This document shows, piece after piece, positions 60,338 through 64,000 of a stretch of 64,000 nt of DNA (position 1 is its first letter; every line of letters begins with the position of its first letter). Both the position numbers and the translations under genes were made by a program. The notes beneath the pieces are model-generated. The model was not told where the DNA came from. It saw only the letters and a program-made list of their open reading frames with translations, and did not search any database. The stretch comes from a virus (taxonomy: Duplodnaviria; Caudoviricetes), in the IMG/VR virus record IMGVR_UViG_2721755344_000002, positions 32,001-96,000 of that record; one strand, 5' to 3'.

Positions 60338-60817
60338 TCATATGTATCTCTCTCCTGCGTCTAATTGACCGACTCCCTCGAGTTCACATAAAAATTCATG
60401 TATCTTTTCTTCCAAAAATTCTTTCGTAACGTCTTCCTTATCTTTATAATGAAGAGCAAGATACTTCAGATCTTCCGCTCTGTTGTTTACCATATAATTA
60501 TGAAGTGCTATAAAAGATTTATGGGCAGAATCCCTGTAAAATTTATGATGGCCCGGACAGGTGGCGCAGCCATTTTGCGGAGCATATCTAAGAACTTTGT
60601 TAGTCCAATAATTTTCAACATGGTGAGCATTTAAATAACCATCTGAACATGGAGTACCTAAGAATTTACCTATCTCGCAAATATTACCTGCTCTCTTCCT
60701 AACTACTTTTGACCAAAGTTCTGAGCATCTCTTTCTAAGTCGTTTTAACTCTTTAGCTTTATAAGTCTTAGTATCTTTATTTACGACTTTCTTTTTCTTC
60801 TTTTTCTTCACTACCAT
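60338..60817 (-). CDS. NinG-like HNH nuclease
   Basis: LWSKVVRKR..CE, AHH, LRY..NG...C..HH. Confidence 0.75.
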   Translation of the reverse strand: MVVKKKKKKKVVNKDTKTYKAKELKRLRKRCSELWSKVVRKRAGNICEIGKFLGTPCSDGYLNAHHVENYWTNKVLRYAPQNGCATCPGHHKFYRDSAHKSFIALHNYMVNNRAEDLKYLALHYKDKEDVTKEFLEEKIHEFLCELEGVGQLDAGERYI

Positions 60818-60839
60818 TATATTAACACCTTTGCAAAAA

Positions 60840-61604
60840 TTACTCGTGAATAATCTCGTCCAATATTGCCTTCATTTTAGGAGTAGAATTATCAAGAATA
60901 TAAGCTTTCAATTTTTCTTTTAATTCGGTTCTCTTTCGGTAAAATACGCCTATTCCCAAACCGGATTTCTTCTGTAACTTAGTCCAGTCTCCTATCTTCC
61001 CATACACAAATGTATAAGCTATATCCCTTTCTAGTTGGTCAGTAAAAGAATAATTCTCAAACAACGTCCTTACATCCCCAAAAAACTCTTCCCTCTCAAA
61101 ATCATTATCTTTAAACGCTTCCGTCTGCGAGGCAAAATCATCAGATGTTCGGAGTCTTGCTTCTAACTTCCAATCTCGCTGACGATGATACAAGTGCAAT
61201 CGAATCTTGTTTAAAATTTCCTGATTGAGAATATCTCCTAAAAAGGTAATAAATTTAGTTCGGCGTCTTCTATCCCATATATCTACTGCTTTAACAAAGA
61301 TGAAAAAACTTTCTTGAAATAGTTTTTGGCAAAGTTCTGGATCTCGACGTAAAATTGTAGACTTTTTTTCTCTAATAAACTGATGAACTCTACCGTGAAC
61401 CAAACCCCTTACTTGATCCCAAAGAATATTTCTCAGGGGAGTCAAATGAGTCCGTTGATATAAATCGCATAGGTCGTCATACCAACTTGTGTCTCTCTTA
61501 TCCTTGTGCAATAAAAACTCATTTTTTCCACGTCTAATAATTACATTTTCGTGTTTAGCCCGACGCTCTATTATCGGAATAAAAAGACTTTTAGCCCTTC
61601 GCAT
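60840..61604 (-). CDS. sigma-factor-like transcription regulator
   Basis: QESFFIFVKAV..WD....KF.TFL resembles sigma region 2; C-terminal HTH-like segment. Confidence 0.5.
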   Translation of the reverse strand: MRRAKSLFIPIIERRAKHENVIIRRGKNEFLLHKDKRDTSWYDDLCDLYQRTHLTPLRNILWDQVRGLVHGRVHQFIREKKSTILRRDPELCQKLFQESFFIFVKAVDIWDRRRRTKFITFLGDILNQEILNKIRLHLYHRQRDWKLEARLRTSDDFASQTEAFKDNDFEREEFFGDVRTLFENYSFTDQLERDIAYTFVYGKIGDWTKLQKKSGLGIGVFYRKRTELKEKLKAYILDNSTPKMKAILDEIIHE

Positions 61605-61654
61605 TCCATGCCTTTATCCTCTTAAAAACGGGCTTAAATAAGATTATCCAATTA

Positions 61655-62368
61655 TTATTTCATCTTTTTATCCATCTCATACTTAACATATTTGGGTTCG
61701 ACACCTTTCATAATCTTTTTATTCATCTCTTTTTCAATTTTAGTTATTTCTTTAACATATTTTGGCTGAATACCCCCGCCAGGACCTGCGTTGTATGCGC
61801 TTAAAGTAAGTTTCCACACTTCTGTTTCATTTGTGGGATGCTTAACTTTATACGTGTCATACAAATCCTTCAAGATATGAGTAGCCACTTTAATATTTAC
61901 AAGAGGATCCCAAGCAGCTTGAGTTGACACACCCAATCTCAACTTCTTGGCATAATCTTCAAATGTAGCTGGCATAATCTGCATAATACCCATAGCACCC
62001 TTACTGGATTTAGCATTAGGAGCAAACTCACTTTCCCCTTTCATAACTGCCAATACCAAACCTGGAGGCAAATTCAGGTGCTTACATTGCTCCACAATCG
62101 CCTGTGCAATATCCATACCCTGCCCTAAAGAAATACCTTTGTTCCTTAAAACATCATAAATAGTACTCTTCAATTTGAAAGTCTCTAAAACCAGGGATTG
62201 ATCGTTTACCAAAAAAACATCATACGATACTTTCTTAGTTAAAAGAGTCGTCCCTAGTAAAACAACCAAAAGTAAATAAAAACAGTTGGTTAGAATCCAT
62301 CTTAATCGCCATTTCTTCTTCAAACTATCATATGTTTTTTTCCATACAACACCCGTAGACTCATTCAT
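61655..62368 (-). CDS. SLT-domain lytic transglycosylase with N-terminal TM anchor
   Basis: AVM..ESEF...AKS.KGAMGIMQIMP.T, NI, AYNAG. Confidence 0.92.
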   Translation of the reverse strand: MNESTGVVWKKTYDSLKKKWRLRWILTNCFYLLLVVLLGTTLLTKKVSYDVFLVNDQSLVLETFKLKSTIYDVLRNKGISLGQGMDIAQAIVEQCKHLNLPPGLVLAVMKGESEFAPNAKSSKGAMGIMQIMPATFEDYAKKLRLGVSTQAAWDPLVNIKVATHILKDLYDTYKVKHPTNETEVWKLTLSAYNAGPGGGIQPKYVKEITKIEKEMNKKIMKGVEPKYVKYEMDKKMK

Positions 62369-62414
62369 AATAGTTCTCCTTTTAACTCTTATTAGTTATA
62401 TAATCTACGAGTAT

Positions 62415-62443
62415 ATCTTACCATATTTAGAGTAGTTTGTCAA
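62415..62443 (-). promoter_or_regulatory. sigma70-type promoter
   Basis: TTGACA-17-TAAGAT with TGn. Confidence 0.7.
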
Positions 62444-62742
62444 GTCCTTTCTCCCTGTCGGGCAAGACTCTTTAAATTTCTCAATGTTTCAGAAAACCTC
62501 AATGGATCAACCGTAGCCTCCCTATTCAGAAATGCCATAATATCTTTCTCTAAACTTTCTGTATCTTCAAAGCAAAACCAAGACTTCTCCCTATCTTTTC
62601 TTATCTTCTTAATTTTATAATCTCGACAAGCTAGATAAGAAACAAGTGCAATATCTGATAATTCTTTCTCTTTAGCCACGTTACCCTCCGTCATATATTC
62701 TGGTTTCATCGTTTTCCTTTCGAGTCTGAATTCTATTCTCAA
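62440..62742 (-). CDS. DUF5659-like small protein
   Basis: D..L..YL...Y.I......F.F......F......VDP..F...L..LKS. Confidence 0.6.
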   Translation of the reverse strand: MRIEFRLERKTMKPEYMTEGNVAKEKELSDIALVSYLACRDYKIKKIRKDREKSWFCFEDTESLEKDIMAFLNREATVDPLRFSETLRNLKSLARQGERT

Positions 62743-64000
62743 ATTTTGACTTAAAATAGTCCAAATGAGTTAAAACAAAAATGCTTTCCCTTTTAGGAAG
62801 CTGTAATTCCATATTTAACTGTTCTCCGTAAATCATGGATTTCAAAACCTGTATTACACGATCGCAAATCTCTTCATCAAGTCGTTCAAAAACCTCATCG
62901 AGAACAAGAATAGAAAATCGTTTAGACGACCGGCTACTTGCAAGATCGCCCAGAACAAACATCACAATTACATCAATAACTCTCTTTTCACCTCCCGAGT
63001 TACCGTCATAAACCTCGGCACCGATTTTATTGAAAGCCATAACATCAAATTTTTCTGCTAAATCCCCCTTCTTCAACTTAGTTTGAGCCGAAAACTTAAT
63101 ATCAAATTTATTATCAAACAAAGAAGAATAAGTGGAAGCCCAGCCATTCATTTGAGGAATCATAGATTCTATTATTAAAGATTTAACACCCGCATTGGAA
63201 AAACCGGAAACCCAAAAAGCATAATATTTAATTTCCTCTTGCAGACAAGATAATTTTTCTTCTTCCTCGCTTTTTTCCAAAATAAAATTTGCTAAATCTT
63301 CTCTTATTTTATCTGCATTATGCGGATTCTCTGCCAAACTTAATCTAGTAATTTCATTTTCCAACGCCTGTCTCGTAGTAGAAATGCGAACATTCTCAAT
63401 TTTAGCTAAATTAAATCTCTTTTCTAAATCATTCTTTACCTTTATTAATTCGTCAGCTTGCGTAAGTAATTTTACCAACTCTTCTTTCCTATTAAACATA
63501 TCGAAATACTGTTTGTTCAAATCCTTCAACTTTTCTTCTAACTGATTCTTTTCCTCTATAAGTTTGGATTTCTCATTTTCTAAGTGATCTTTGTGCGTTT
63601 CAGCAAATTCTTCTTTTATTTCTTGTCCGCAACTCGAGCAAGTCGTCCCTATTTTATCCTTTATACTATAAATGCTATCAGTCAGAAGTTCTATATCCGC
63701 TTTCTTATAAGTTATCTTCCCCTCCTGCTGCCCTTTTTCCAAATTTAAACGTAATAAATCGTCCTGTATAGTAGTTAAGTCATCGGGTATTTGTTCGTTG
63801 ATTTCAGAAATCTTTTTATCCAAAATTGAAATTTCATCTTCTATTTGTTGGGTATCTAATACTTTAAGACTACCTAATTCTTCTCTTAGTTTTTGAATAT
63901 TCTCTTCTCTGAAGAATTCAAAATCTTTAAATTTCTTTTCTTGTTCTACTATCTCATCCTCCTTCATCTGGATTCGTGTATTTTTAGTACCAATAGCAAC
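62681..64000 (-). CDS. SbcC/Rad50/gp46-like recombination ATPase, 5' part outside the window
   Basis: coiled coil, Zn-hook CSSC, signature NSGGEKR, Walker B ILVLDE, LTH; frame stays open to the window edge. Confidence 0.9.
   Translation of the reverse strand, partial: VAIGTKNTRIQMKEDEIVEQEKKFKDFEFFREENIQKLREELGSLKVLDTQQIEDEISILDKKISEINEQIPDDLTTIQDDLLRLNLEKGQQEGKITYKKADIELLTDSIYSIKDKIGTTCSSCGQEIKEEFAETHKDHLENEKSKLIEEKNQLEEKLKDLNKQYFDMFNRKEELVKLLTQADELIKVKNDLEKRFNLAKIENVRISTTRQALENEITRLSLAENPHNADKIREDLANFILEKSEEEEKLSCLQEEIKYYAFWVSGFSNAGVKSLIIESMIPQMNGWASTYSSLFDNKFDIKFSAQTKLKKGDLAEKFDVMAFNKIGAEVYDGNSGGEKRVIDVIVMFVLGDLASSRSSKRFSILVLDEVFERLDEEICDRVIQVLKSMIYGEQLNMELQLPKRESIFVLTHLDYFKSKFENRIQTRKENDETRIYDGG

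Noticed and set aside
119-60634. Plus-strand ORFs in the track
   Set aside because: Nearly all are antisense to well-formed minus-strand genes, are F/S/L-rich and have no family motifs.
1-64000. Alternative genetic code (stop-codon recoding)
   Set aside because: Long conserved genes are intact in code 11 and end at TAA, TAG and TGA at the expected positions.
1-64000. Diversity-generating retroelement or retron as the source of array variation
   Set aside because: No reverse transcriptase or TR/VR pair is visible in the window, and NN variation is not adenine-specific.

Overview
A 64-kb segment of a large, AT-rich dsDNA bacteriophage (Caudoviricetes-like, standard code 11) in which essentially every real gene lies on the minus strand, driven by about 10 near-consensus sigma70 promoters. 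Recognisable genes include: a DnaX-like clamp loader; eight DNA methyltransferases (seven of them between 6.3 and 19.8 kb); a metallophosphoesterase; a cold-shock protein; a deoxyhypusine-synthase-like protein; tRNA-Thr(UGU); an Ogg-type 8-oxoG glycosylase; a terminase large subunit split by a LAGLIDADG intein; two lytic transglycosylases; Thg1-like and pol-beta nucleotidyltransferases; HU; OmpA and other secreted host-like proteins (pointing to a diderm host, possibly Desulfobacterota); dCMP deaminase; a compact class II ribonucleotide reductase; and the C-terminal part of an SbcC/gp46 ATPase. The most striking element is a promoter-driven, stand-alone Cas7/RAMP-like gene (9067-9609). It is followed by three non-coding arrays of strictly phased GGY-NN pentamers (8997-9076, 8899-8963, 7913-7982) with constant GGT and variable dinucleotides. 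I interpret this as a candidate RNA-guided, non-CRISPR system with a non-contiguous guide code. A second unexplained pattern is a shared C-terminal K/R-x-R-M/L-I/L/F-R-L/I motif on about 12 small proteins, most of them unrelated. There are also several tRNA-like or structured intergenic RNAs. All family calls are by-eye motif recognition; no searches were run.
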